Origin: Chiloscyllium plagiosum
Lineage: Eukaryota
Direction of reading: 5' to 3'
Assembly: GCF_004010195.1 (NCBI RefSeq)
Contig: NC_057722.1
Coordinates: 9,849,348-9,913,347 of the forward strand
DNA length: 64,000 nt
Within the stretch, counting starts at the first letter, position 1. Every line of letters begins with the position of its first letter. A program made the position numbers and the translations under genes. The notes beneath the pieces are model-generated. The model was not told where the DNA came from. It searched no databases and was given only the letters and a program-made list of their open reading frames with translations. Below, in pieces: positions 1 through 13,100 of the stretch.

Positions 1-969
1 CCATGAGGGTATTCTAAAGACGGTGCTGTGCCTAAAAAGCAAGTGAAGCTCAAACCAGCCTATTACAGTCCCACGAACCTGCTTTCAATCATTAGTAAAG
101 TGCTACTGTTATGACCTCAGCTGATGTTACTGCTAAGCACGTCAGATCCATACAAAAACCTGCTGGATACATCATATTTGTTTAATTTATTTTGGTTTTA
201 ACGAAGTGATCTCCCACTGAAACATAAGCACATAATGAAGCAGATTCTGTCTTAACACTAAAATGAAGTCTTTTTAACAAAATAAACAAAGATAAAGTTG
301 AATAAACTGAAACTTCAACTTCTCATACAAATTCAAAGATTCTTTAAACACACAGTGAAAGTAAAGCCCCATTAATTCCAGTACATTCCATTGTGCATTG
401 AAATGAAAAAAAACACCCAAATCACACCACTGGGACAATTCTAAAACACTACTCATACAATACTCATATAAGAAATTATTTCTCTGACACCTTGTTAAGT
501 TTAAGTCATTTGCTGACGTCAACTTTTAGTCAGGAATTGCAGGTAGCTTTTATTGATCCATTACACTCCTGAACTTAAAAGTATTCAACTTTAAGTCATC
601 TCTTTATGGTTTTATATCTAGAATTCTGGTCTGGAACTAATGCTAGCTCTTCACCCTAAGGACACCGAGTCCAATTTATCTCCTTCCCCTTCTCAATCAT
701 CCTATTCTAAGGATTTCACTGGACTGCTCAACACTCAAAATAAAATGAAAATGATAAGTCCGTTTCTCTAAGTTATGTGTGTTTCCCTTACACTTAGAAA
801 ATACAAGTCCAGAAATCTCTAATAAACCTTGAAACTCCATTATTTGCCTTGCAGGGTTGCAAAATAATCTAGGATAAACATGAATTTTGGCTGTGATTCA
901 CAAAAATCCATTTGATCTCAAGCTAGGCCTGAAACACTGTTTTAAATGAAATCAGCATGGCTACCATAA

Positions 970-1096
970 TTTGGAGGTGCTGGTGTTGGACTGGGGTGTA
1001 TAAAGTTAAAAATCACACAACACCAGGTTATAATCCAACAGGTTTATTTGGAAGTACGAGCTTTTGGAGCGCTGCTCCTTCATCAGGTGGTTGTGG
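970..1096 (-). mobile_element. Penelope-like terminal fragment (hammerhead GAAA mutated)
   Basis: Same family as 52310-52435. Confidence 0.75.
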
Positions 1097-1861
1097 CAGA
1101 AGTATTTGTAAGTTAGTTATTAACTTCAGATCAAAACACAGACATCAAAACACAAAGTCCCAAGCTCACAATATACTTATGTATAAATCATACCCTTTAC
1201 ATCACGCTATCAAGCAGCACTTACTTCACAAGAACCTGCTTATTGATGTTCAGTTTGGGTTTCACCAGAGTCACACTTGGCTAATGACCTTGGTTAATAC
1301 CTTGGTCAAATTTGGACAAAAGAAGTGCTAGAATCATTGATTGTGCAATCAGCAGTAATTCTGACTGGCCATGCTAAGAAATAAAACCTGACCTTTTTTT
1401 GTCAGTTAACAGTAAGAAGTTTGTTTTAAAAAAAAAACTTTTATTATCTTAACTTCATTGAAATTTCTAAATAGTTCTTTTTAATAAATATTGACCACTC
1501 AATAAGTGCCGCTGGAAAATATCTTGGACAAAGCGCTTTGGTTTTCAAAGTAACTACACAAAGGCTGTTGTCCTGTCACCCTTTATTTACTCGTGCAAAT
1601 ACTATTATAAGATGTGGATGTACTGTACCCTTAAGAGTGTTAAAAGCTAACAAAAACTACCTGACAGCATCAAGTGTTCTGAAAAAAGATATAATGTAAC
1701 ATTTGGTCAAACAGCTTGATTAGCTGGTTGCCTGAGGTTAAAACAAATTTGAATTCGGCCAATCAGTTTAAATTATACTCCAAAATACCCACCTCCAATC
1801 AAGTTTAAATTGAATATATTGACAATCTTAAAAGCCAATAACACAGTCCGATGCTTTGGGA

Positions 1862-3556
1862 CTGTAACTGTATTCTGCATTACCCTGATGTATTTATGTG
1901 AGGTATGATTTAATTGGTTAGCCACAAAACAATATTTTTCACTGTATCTTGGTTCATGTAACAACAAAAAATCAAATCAAACATCCACATACCTATCCAA
2001 ATGTCTTTTAAATGCTGCAAGTGTGTACCCTCCTCTATGACTTCCTCTGGCAGCTCGTTCCCAGTTATTTCATGACAGGTTTTCATTACTAATGACATCA
2101 AGGCATGATGGGAATATTATGGGATTATGGCATTGAGATTGGTGATCACCTTGAGCTAGTATGGCAGAGTGGGCGCAAGGGGTTGAACGGCTTCCACCTG
2201 AATTCCCATCTCAGTTATACAATAGTCTTTAGTGGGACCCTCAGCTAAACTTAATCGTCAAGATGTATTACTGTTCAGCTATATCAGATGTTGCACTAAA
2301 ACAAACCAAACGAAACTGGTGTCCAGTTAGCACCTCCCAGAAATAAATCCTTTACATCTTGATGGATGTATGATGCCAGTTAACCCATTCAGGTGTTCAT
2401 TACCTTAAGCCACAATTCCATCCTCCAGTGCCCAAGACACACCCCTTTCTTTCTAAGGTGACTGACAAAGTACGTTTCCCTTGGCTTTGTGATCTGGAAC
2501 CAGGGAACAAAGTACCAGAATAAAAGGTAAGCCATTTAAGCTTGAGATGAGGAGGAACTTCTTCAATCAAGAGATGGTGAATCTTTGAAATCCTCCACCA
2601 ACAGGGCTCCGGAAGCCCAGACAGAGTCGTACAGGATAGAATCAGACACTTTGGTCCAACACGTCCATGTCTCCTTCACTGAACTGGCCCCATTTGCTTG
2701 CATTTGGCCTATATCCCTCTAAGCCCTCCCAACGTTCCTTCTAATGACTCTGTCTAGACTTCCTGCTGCCTCAAGAAAGTAGCCAATATAATCAAAGATC
2801 CCTCCCCACCCCAGTTACGCTCGCACCCATTGAGGCAGAAGGTACAAAAGTTTGAAAGTATGTACCCACAGATTTAAAAACAGCTTCTTCCCAGCTGTCA
2901 TCAGACTAATAAATGAACCTTTCGTATATTTGAGTTATTCTTCCTCCGCACCTTCTCTGTAACTGTAACACTAGATTCTGCATTCCATCCAATACCCCGA
3001 TATACTTATGTGAGGTATGATTTAGATGGTTAGCACACAAAACAATAATTTTCACTTTATCTTGGTTCATGTAACAACAAAAAATCAAACATCCATGTTC
3101 CTGTCCAAACGTCTTTTAAATGTTGTAAGTGCACCTCTACCGCTTCCTCTGGCAGCTCAGTCCCAGTTGTTTCATGACAGGTTGTCATTTACTAATTTTC
3201 ATTACTAATGACATCAAGGGATGATGGAAATAATGTGGGACTATGGCATTGAGATTGGAGATCACCTTGATCTAGTTTGGCAGAGTGGGCTCAAGGGGCT
3301 GAACGGCTTTCAACGGAGTTCAATTCTGAGTTACACCATAGTCTTTGATGAGGCCTTCAGGTAAACTTCATCGTCAAGACATATTACTGTTTAGCTACCT
3401 CAGATGTTGCACTAGAACAAGTCAAACCAAACTTGTGACTAGTCAGCACCTCCCAGAAATAAATCCTTTACACCTTGATGGGTGTATGATGCCAGTTAAC
3501 CCATTCAGGTGCTCATTGACAATCCCATCCTCCAGTGCCCAACACACACCCCCTTT
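1862..3556. repeat. Local direct duplication: ~1862-2448 repeated at ~2957-3556
   Basis: Long shared strings, e.g. tcttggttcatgtaacaacaaaaaatcaaa, cacctcccagaaataaatcctttaca, gtatgatgccagttaacccattcaggtg. Confidence 0.9.
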
Positions 3557-3619
3557 TGTCACCCACTCTCCTCTCCTCCCCCTGCCTCCCCTCTTTCTAC
3601 TTCCCACTGCACCATTGGC

Positions 3620-4050
3620 AGTGCTTCACACCGTTGGCCCTCCTCTCCCCACCCTGCCGGCCTCTTGTAATTCCACTCCTCCGCTGCCGTTGGCGCTGTG
3701 ACGGGAGGCTCTGATGGGGAGCGGGCGCCGGCAGAGCCGCGCGCGCACCCTAGCGGCTGGGAGGACGCATTTGCGGCTCGGCGGGGAGCAGGAGGGCAAA
3801 GGTTAACCGCTCTCGGTCGGTCGTTACGTTGGCAAAGAGCGGAGCGCCTTCTGGTCAGCAGGAATCTAGGGGAGTAGCTGCTTCTCCATCTGGTGAGGAG
3901 GGGGAGGGGTTAAAGTAAGAATAAAGGAAGCGGGGAGGTGGTGGGCGGTAATAGGCGGCGTGTGTCGGCCTGCATCGGGTAGGCCCGGGGGGTTGTCATG
4001 GCAGCCAGGACTAAGCCAGGCTGGGGTTCCTATCACAGCTGTATTTCCCC
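3620..4050 (+). promoter_or_regulatory. CpG island; likely SCLY promoter and non-coding first exon (candidate donor ctg|gtgagg at 3892/3893)
   Basis: Markedly GC/CpG-rich tract (gccgcgcgcgcacc, gcgggcgccggc) ~3 kb upstream of an ATG exon that itself begins with a splice acceptor. Confidence 0.7.
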
Positions 4051-4274
4051 GCTCCCTCTCTCCACTTGAAACACACTGCAAAATAAACTGAACCTCGCTG
4101 TTAAAGCAAGCTTTAAGGTTGAAGGTTAGAGTCGAGAGTGTGGCGCTGGAAAAGCACAGCAGGTCAGGCAGCATCCGAGGGGGCGGAAAGTCTCTCGACT
4201 CCAGTCATAGAGATTAAAAGCAACACATTTTTAAGCTCTGATCCCCAGCATCTGCAGTCCTCACTTTCTTCTAG

Positions 4275-4694
4275 TCATAGAGATGTACAGCATGGAAACA
4301 GACCCTTCGGTCCAACCCATCCAGGCCGACCAGATATCCCAACCCAATCTATCCCACCTGCCAGCACCCGGCCCATATCCCTCCAAACTCTTCCTATTCA
4401 TATACCCATCCAAATGCCTCTTAAATGTTGCAATTGTACCAGCCTCCACCACTTCCTCTGGCAGCTCATTCCATACACATACCACTCTCTGCGTGAAAAA
4501 GTTGCCCCTTAGGTCTCTTTTATATCTTTCCCCTCTCACCTGAAACCTCTAGTTCTGGACTCCCCGGCCCCAGGGAAAAGACTTTGCCTATTTGCCCGAT
4601 CCATGCCCCTCATAATTTTGTAAACCTCTATAATGTCACCTCTCAGCCTTCGACGCTCCAGGGAAAACAGCCCCAGCCTATTCAGCCTCTCCCA
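4275..4694 (-). mobile_element. CR1-type LINE 3' end
   Basis: [34 protein letters not shown]: CR1 ORF2 C-terminus. Confidence 0.88.
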
Positions 4695-7026
4695 GTTTGG
4701 TTTGATTTGTTGTCTAGTGTGACATCTGATGAAGCCTGCAGCCTCTCACCAAGACTATTCCAGTTTCAGCTCAAGAAATAACGTCAAGCTAGATTTATGG
4801 GCCAGGCAAAGGAAGATTTTGGACCCTTGAGCATAATTGTAAATAGACAATTTTCTTCTTAAGTGTGGAATTCTGATAACAAAGCAGAAGTGCACAGAAT
4901 AGTCCTGGCCAAGCATCTTTTCTCAAAATATTAGTCTGTTCTTGACTGTTTTCACGTATGGATGGAGACAAAAACAAACTGCAGATGCTGGAATCCAAGG
5001 TAGACAAGTAGGAGGGCTGGAAGAACACAGCAAGCCAGGCAGCATCAGGATGTGGAGAAGTTGAAGTTTTTGATGTAATCCTTCAGGACTGGGGGTGAGG
5101 ATGGAGCTGCTGTCAGGGTCTTGGCAAAGATTGCTCTAGTTTCAGTAGCTGTAGCAAGTGATTGTAGTGAAAAAACTTTTCTGCTCTTGATTTTGGAGGT
5201 TGGGGAGGGAGACAGGGAAAGAAAAGTTACCCTTCTTTCAGGGAATAAATTCTATCTCTTTCCAAGGTACAGTACATATAGTCAATTATTTTCCAACAGG
5301 CATTGACATCTGTCATGGAAACTGATTCAAAAGTACAAACACCATAATCAAACAACGATTTCAGAATCCATTTTAAGCTTATGTTACTTTTTTAAAAATG
5401 TTTTCTGTAGTTTTAATTGTGGAACAAAATGGGAAAAGGGCTGTTTTATTAAAAAAAGCAAGGATTGTAAACTGGATTGCTGCACTCTTGAAAAGCAATC
5501 TGCATGACACTCATTGTAAATGTTTTTTATTCAAGAACAGAAGGAGTTTACTACAGATGAGGTGGGTCTCTGTTTGAGGGGAGATTTGGCTAGTAACAAT
5601 TAGCTCATTGGTCTGAGGACTGGTGACCTGTTGTTAGTACCAGCCAACAACAATACTTTTGGCTCGCAAGTAGATGAACAACTTGTAGATGTTTGGTCAG
5701 ACTTTTGAAAAGGAAGGAACTTCTGTTTGCATTAAAAATACCTCACGCCTGAAATGTCATATTATTTCTCCTTACCAGTTGCTATAGGTTATGGCTTTTA
5801 ACTGCTAAGTCAGAAGTGTAATAAGTGTGAATAGTTACTCTGAGCCTCCTGCAAGCAAAAGTACCTGGAGAAGGAAGATGAAGGAGGACCAAGTCCTGAC
5901 AAGCTAAAAAGATCATCTTAGCGAATCCTATGGATAGGAACTGCCTTCTGTCTGCCTGTAACACCCATGTTTGTTTTATCTGTCTGTGTTTTATCTTTGT
6001 GTGTATAGGGTAAGTTTTATAAAGGGGTTAGAGATTTAACTCGTAGAGTTGCATATCAGCAGTTCGAGTTGAGTGCAGCAGCTGTCCTGGTCAAAACTTT
6101 TATGATCCAGCATAGTGTTAGACTGACCTTTATAAAATGCATAATTTAAACACCAAAAAGGAATCCACTTGGTTCACATGATGTTTCAATTTATCAGATA
6201 GTAGGTCATCCAAAAGCCTGTATCCAACATGGCCTTGGCCTTTAAGGTACTGGGTTTGGATGTCTGATGTATAGTAGCAAGCATTCACCTTCCATTTAAT
6301 CTCTCATTTTATCACTCACTTTATTTAAGCAGCTCAAATAGTTGAGTGTAGTGAAGAAACGCAGTGACCAGGTCACAATAACTGATCTTAGCTTGCACTT
6401 ATCAGGAGTTTTTGTGGCATGTTTTGAATCTTTATAAAGGAGTTTGTTGCATTCAAGTTATGTGATCTGCTATTCTCTGGCTTGACCATGAACTCGTTTT
6501 ATTTTTGAGACAAGGTTGGGGTTACACAGTATTTAATAATGTTAATTGCTGAGAGTTGGCGAGGAATTTAGAGTATACAAAAGGTCATTAAACCCAACCA
6601 GTCTTCTTGGTGGTTAAATTCCAGAAAGCATCCTTCTGTCTAACTGTTTTAACATATCCTTCTGTTCTTTTCTCTCTCAAAAATGTATTTTATTCATAAA
6701 AAGTCTCTTTGTATATATACATTGTCACAAATGCAGCCTGCCTCTCCCTATCTCAGTTCTTTTCTCTCATAAGCTGAGCCATTTCCTTGGATTTTGTTTT
6801 TACAGGCAGCTAACATTTTCTGATTAAAGACAGTTAAGGTAAATGACCACTTGGTGTGATACTGCTCTTTTATAAAAGTTCATAAAGTTGTAACTCCATC
6901 TCTCGTACAAAGCCCTCACCATCACATTATCCCTTTGATGGCTGTGATACACTTAAAATGTGAATTTGGTATTTTATTTGTATTTTTAAGGTTTCTTCAA
7001 GGATTGTATCAGCTGCAAAGTAGCCA

Positions 7027-7130
7027 ATGGAGAAGAATGCTTGCATTACTACCACTGATGGGCCTCCAGTTACTCAAAGTAATCAGAAAGCGACAGTAAT
7101 AATGGGAAAAAATGACTCTTCATCCGACTG
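7027..7130 (+). CDS. SCLY: SCLY coding exon 1 (exon begins at acceptor 6991; ATG at 7027)
   Basis: tttttaag acceptor at 6990, ccaATGG start, [17 protein letters not shown]...SSSD, donor TG|gtaagt in phase 2 matching exon 2. N-terminus is poorly conserved, so less certain. Confidence 0.75.
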
Positions 7131-10100
7131 GTAAGTGAACTTACTGAGTACTGAAACAATTTTGCCTTTGTACAATAGTGATAGCAGACGACAGTGAATT
7201 GTCAGACCTGCTCCAAGAATGAAACCACAGAATACTAAACCAATAAAATATCTTAGAACAGTTACAGCACAGGAGGAGGCCAATTAGCAATTATACCTAA
7301 GATAACTCTCCATAAGACCAACTTGGCTTGTTCAACTCTTCTGTACTCCTGGAGATTTTTTTTTTCTCTTATCTGATCAAATTTTCTTTGGAGGCTACAG
7401 TTGAACGCACCTACCTTCAGACAGTGCATTCTTAATTAGTTGCTACATAGTGTTTCCTCATGTCACCTCTGTTCTTTTGCTGACGGATGTCTCATCCTTC
7501 AATATGTTTTAATGTAGTGATTCAATTTATTCACATTTGATCCTTATGGAAAGGGGAGCCTCATCAATCTAAATAAATTTGAATTCAGCTTTTAGAAGGA
7601 AAGGTGGCTGCCAAGAACATTGCTCCAAAAGCTTTACCATAATTTTCCTTTCACAGTGGCATGTCTTGTATGTGATGCAGACCTTAATTTTAGGTACCCA
7701 CTGAAAATTAAGGCCAGTACATTTTTAGGAAGGGGAAATATACAAATAAAGTTAAAATAATACTTTGCATTTGAAACAGCATTTACATGGATTACAATGC
7801 CACAACGCCTGTGGACGCTGAGGTTATTCAAACTGTTCTTGAAGCCATGCAGGAAGCATGGGGAAACCCTAGCAGTTCTTATACTCCAGGTATGTGATGA
7901 GTAGACTCATAGGTGTGTGACTTCCAACAGCTCCTCTCTCTACTTACCGTGTCACCACAGAAATTCGGCATCTTAACTTTTTATTGTAGGTAGAGATCTC
8001 TGTGCATGCATGGGTACTTACACAAGATCTTGCTCAATTGAATTCCTGAATAGAAGTAACATTATGTTCCCTGGTTGGATCTCATACTGCAGCTGCTGAC
8101 CTCAAACTGGTAGTAGTTGTTCAAATGCAGCTGTAAAGCAGAATTTGCTGACAATAATCTCATGACCTGGCATTTTTGTTGAAAGACCCCATAGCTGGGA
8201 TTAGCTGCTCTTCTTGTAAGCCTTTCTACACTGGCAGAATGTAATACTGAGCAGAGAGACAGTATACTGTTGAATGTGAATTATGAGAGCTATTTCCAAT
8301 GTAGAGAGGACTCTTGCTTTCCTTAATTTTTCATTAAATGCAAATTCCTCCTTTTTATTACTCTCTTGCCAGTGTTAAAAGTGGAAATGCTTGTATAGAA
8401 TTGTTCTATAGCAAATAATGACAAATGCTGCCTTCTGTATTCTTTGTGTAACTAATTTATGATTAGGTAAGAAAGCCAAGGAGTTGATAGATTGGTCAAG
8501 ACAGAGTGTGGCTCAGATGGTTGGAGGTCGACCAGAAGATATCATTTTCACCTCTGGTGGAACTGAGGTAAGAAGAATCCAAAATAAATCTGATTTTAAG
8601 TCCCTGTTGTGGTTACTGCCTTTATTATATGCTCACATGTAAGACAACCCCACCCCTAATTCCACCCAACTCTCTACCATCCCACTTCCATCCCTCTCAC
8701 CACTCCATAATCAATAGCCATTATACAAGGCAAGAACCAACATTGTAAATTTGCATAACATTCAGCTCTGGGTGTATTAATGTTTTCCTTGGGTGACTGA
8801 TAACTTGTACCAAATTACAAACTGTTCCTTGTAATAGTGCACTTCAAGAATTGGGCTATCATTCATTTCATTCAGCGTGGAGGGTACTTCTAGCTAGGGG
8901 AGAGAGAAAATTGTGGAGACTTTCAAATACAACTGTTTAGTTGAACAGTTTAGAAGTAGATTTCTTATATATCTCATCCACACAGTACCTGCCTCAATAA
9001 ACCATAATCTGACTGATCCAAGACTTAATCACCTCTGATGTGTGATAAAAGATAGTTTGTTTCAATGCACCTGTTGGTGCAGGTTACGTGGCACTGAACG
9101 CAAAAGAAACACAGCACTGACACTGAATCCGAAATTCCCTTGTTCCGTATGTCACCCTTCCCCACATAATTTCCTGGAGTTTTATATTGCTAGCTTTGCA
9201 CAAAGGCAGAATGTATGAGTATCAGCTAATATTGTTTTCCAGGCTAACAATCTAGTCTTTCATACGGCAATCAAGTATTATTGGGACCACCAGCGGCAAC
9301 AGACACACAATTCTGGAAGTATGGATACTGATCCAATGGCTAGGCCATTACCTCACATCATTACATCAAACATTGAGCATGATTCAGTGCAACTTGTGGT
9401 GGACAATCTGATCAAGGAGGAGAAAGCAGGTGAGATGTTATTGTTCTGCCTTATGCCAAATTGTATAAAACTTAACTATAAAGATACACATGTAAAGTTC
9501 TGCTATTGTATTATAAATATGCATATCTTTAGTGTCTTGGCAATGAATTTACAGTAGATTGTCATCTGAGGTGAACAGGTGAAATTTTGTTTGTGGAGGG
9601 TAGGAACAGATTATCAGTGTCCCTACTTTAAAAGAACACTGATGGTTGATCATCTATATTCTATACTCCCAGTCACTAGAGGAGCTAGCTGTGACCTTGA
9701 CATCCTCTTCCAAAAATATTTCTTTTGCGCTTGGTGCCATACAACCTGCACCAATAGATGCATTGAAAACAACTATCTTCTATCACACATAGAGGTGGTT
9801 AATTCTTGGACCAGTCTTACTTGCCTGCCTCTGAGTTAGATTATTGGGTCATTTTGAACAAGCCCAGAGCTGAGAACTCAGTATCCTGTTCCTGTTTTTT
9901 CCTCCTACCCTTTGACCCCATTAGCCTAAAGACTGTATCTAACTCTTTGAAAATATTCAATGTTTTGGCCTCAACTGCTTTTGCATTAAATAATTCCACA
10001 GGTTCATCACTATTAGCATGAAAAATATTCTCCTCATCTTAGTCCTAAAAGGCTTACCATGTACCCTTAAACAATGACCGCTGGTTCTGGACTCCCTGAT

Positions 10101-13100
10101 CATTAGAACATTCTTTCTGCATTTATCCTGTCTAGCCCTATTAAAATTTTACAGATGTTTGTGAGATTTCCCCTCATTTTTCCAAGATCCTGTGATGATA
10201 GTCCTAACCAATCCAGTCTCTCTTCGTATATCAGTCCTGTTATCCCAGAAATCAGTTTGCTAAATGTACAACTCACTCCCTCCAATAGCCAGTCCTTCCT
10301 CCTTCCAATAAGAAGACCAAAGGCTTGCACACTATTGCAAGTAAAGCCCTTACAACTGCAGCAAGACATCCCTGTTTCTGTGCTCGAATTCTATCTGTGA
10401 AGGCCAAAGTACCATTTGCTGCCTTCACTGCCTGCTGCACCTTCATGCCAACATTTTGCAATGGGTGTACAAGGATAGTCAAGAGTCTTGTTTCACCTCC
10501 CCCTTTCCCAATCTATTGCCATTGAAACATCAATCACCCTTTCTGTTTTTGCTACCAAAATGGAAAACCTCGCATTTATCCAAATTGTTTCTGGCGTGCA
10601 TTTGATCACTCAACTTGTCCAAATCACATCCTCCTCACATTTCCCCTCCCCAAGCTTTGTGCAACGAAAGGAAAATAAAAACTCATCCAGTGAAATTAAG
10701 TTCGAGAAAATGTTGAAAGAAATAAAGACTTTCCTTATGAAACAGCATTTGGGGTTTTGAGGCAGAGATCATACACCTTTTTAAAGGAGAACATTTGAAG
10801 AAGAGGAGGGTTTCGGAAACAGCAGGGTCAGAAGTCAGACAACACCAGGTTATAGTCCAACAGGTTTATTTGAAATCATATGCTTTTGGAACGTTGCCTC
10901 TTTGTCAGATGAAGTGAGAGAGAAGCACACAAGTACAGAATTTATAGGCAGAGAGATCAAAAGATCATATATGTGGTGTGAGTGGAGTGTCCACAGGTCG
11001 AATAACAGGTCTCTGCAAGTGGTCAAGAATGTCAGATAGAGTGAGTAAAGTGTCAACAGCTGAATAACAAGCGAAGGAATGGCCTATAATCTAATTAAAT
11101 GGGGCAGAGATAATTACAAAAATTAAAAATAAAAGGTGGTGCTGGGGACAAATCAAATGACTGGAATAATGTAATATCTTTGAGTCGTGTGCCAAGGGTC
11201 CAACTAAAGTAATAAGTGATCCAAAACTGTACAAATTAATAAGGTAGAGAGGTTACAACAATTTTTCAAGGTGATGGTGTCAAAACAAGACAGTTAGGAA
11301 GATTTTACAAATACAGAGCAGTGTGATAGTTCAACATGAACCCAAGATCATGGCTGAGGCTGTCTTCGTGGGTATAGAAGGTAGGGATGATCATATGATC
11401 TCTCTATCTTAATTTAGTTTGTACAGTTTTGGATTACTTGTCACTTTGGTTCGATTCCTGACATGCAACTCATACCTATTATGTTATTCCAGTCATTTGG
11501 TTTGCTCCAGCGCCACCTTATTTCTAATTTTTTGTAATTATCTCTCCGCTTCATTTAATCATATTACAGATTATCCCTTCACTTGTTATTCAGCTGTTGA
11601 TACTTCACTCACTCTATCTGACACTGTTGACCATTTGCAGAGATCTATTATTCGGCCTCCAATTAGATTAGATTACCTACAGTATGGAAACAGGCCCTTG
11701 GACCCAACAAGTCCACACCAACCCGCCAAAGAGTAACCCACCCAGACCCATTTCCCTGCCCTATATACACCCCTGACTAATGCGCCTAATTTAGCAAGGC
11801 CAGTTCACCTAACCTGCACATCTTTGGACTGTGGGAGGAAACCGGAGCACCCGAAGGAAGCCCACGCAGACACAGGGAGAATGTGCACACTCCACACTGA
11901 CAGTTGCCTGAGGAGTGAATCGAACCCAGGCCCATGGCGCTGTGAGGTAGCAATGCTAACCACTGAACCACCGTGCCGTCAACACTCCACTCATAACATT
12001 CGTATGATCTTTTGATCTCCCAGCCTATAAGTTCTGTGCCTGAGTGCTTTTCTCTCACTTGACCTGGTGAAGCGGCAATGCTGAAAAGGTTTATGATTTC
12101 AAATAAATCTGTTGGAATATAACCTGGTGTCATCTGACTTTTGACCTTGTCCATCCCAGTCCAACATTGACACCTCACATCAGGGAAATAGCAGGACACA
12201 GATTATTGGATTCTTCTGTCAAAAAGCCGCATGAAAACGTATGTGAATATCTCGCTGTACTTTGCAGGACAGAGATCCCTTAACATATTTCCATCAGCGG
12301 GAAGAGCATGTGAAATTTTTTTCATTGTATTTCAAACCTTTGAATTCAAATCAGAAACCCGTATTTCAACTATAATTGCTGTTAACTGAATCCCACTTGA
12401 CTTTTGCAATATTGCTCTGGTTGAATTTTTTTTAGCATTAATAGTGGATCTCCTGTGGAACTGTTTGTGATAAATTGAATATTGCGCTGGAATGTTAGAC
12501 ATTACAAAGCACAATATGGTTTTGCTGCTCAGATTGAGCTGCATTTTAAGTGTTTTTCTCCTCAAGGCCATAGCGATGCTTTCTGATGTCATTAGAAGCC
12601 TCTTCTGCTGAAATTTCAGTTCTTTTTGAGTTTTTTTAGCTGCTTCTACATCTGCAGACCCTTCATGAAGATGACCAGCTCAAGGGCATGACTGGCTTTT
12701 TAAATTTCTTTTAAGTTGGTTGAGTTATGTTTTGTTCTATGAATGTTATGTAAAACAACCAGAGGACTTGCTGTTACACAGATAGATATGTGACAGTTCC
12801 TAACCTGGCTGGTGTTTGCCTTTTTACTGGCTAAGATTGGATTAAACAGTTCCAGTATGTGTGGAGCTCAGAGTGTAGGGGTATTTTGGGAGTTATATGA
12901 ACTTTGTTAGGAATTGGAACATTGCTTGGGAGTACTTGGCCAGTACAAGAAAATACACCTCAGCCAGAGAAAGGGCAGCTGCTAAAAATTGGTGAAAAAC
13001 TCCTTAGCTGGTTGCAAATTGAATGGTTTTGAACTTTATGATAAACGTTGATAAATGTTTTAAAGCATTAACATTTAAGGAGCATTTAACTGAAGGGATC

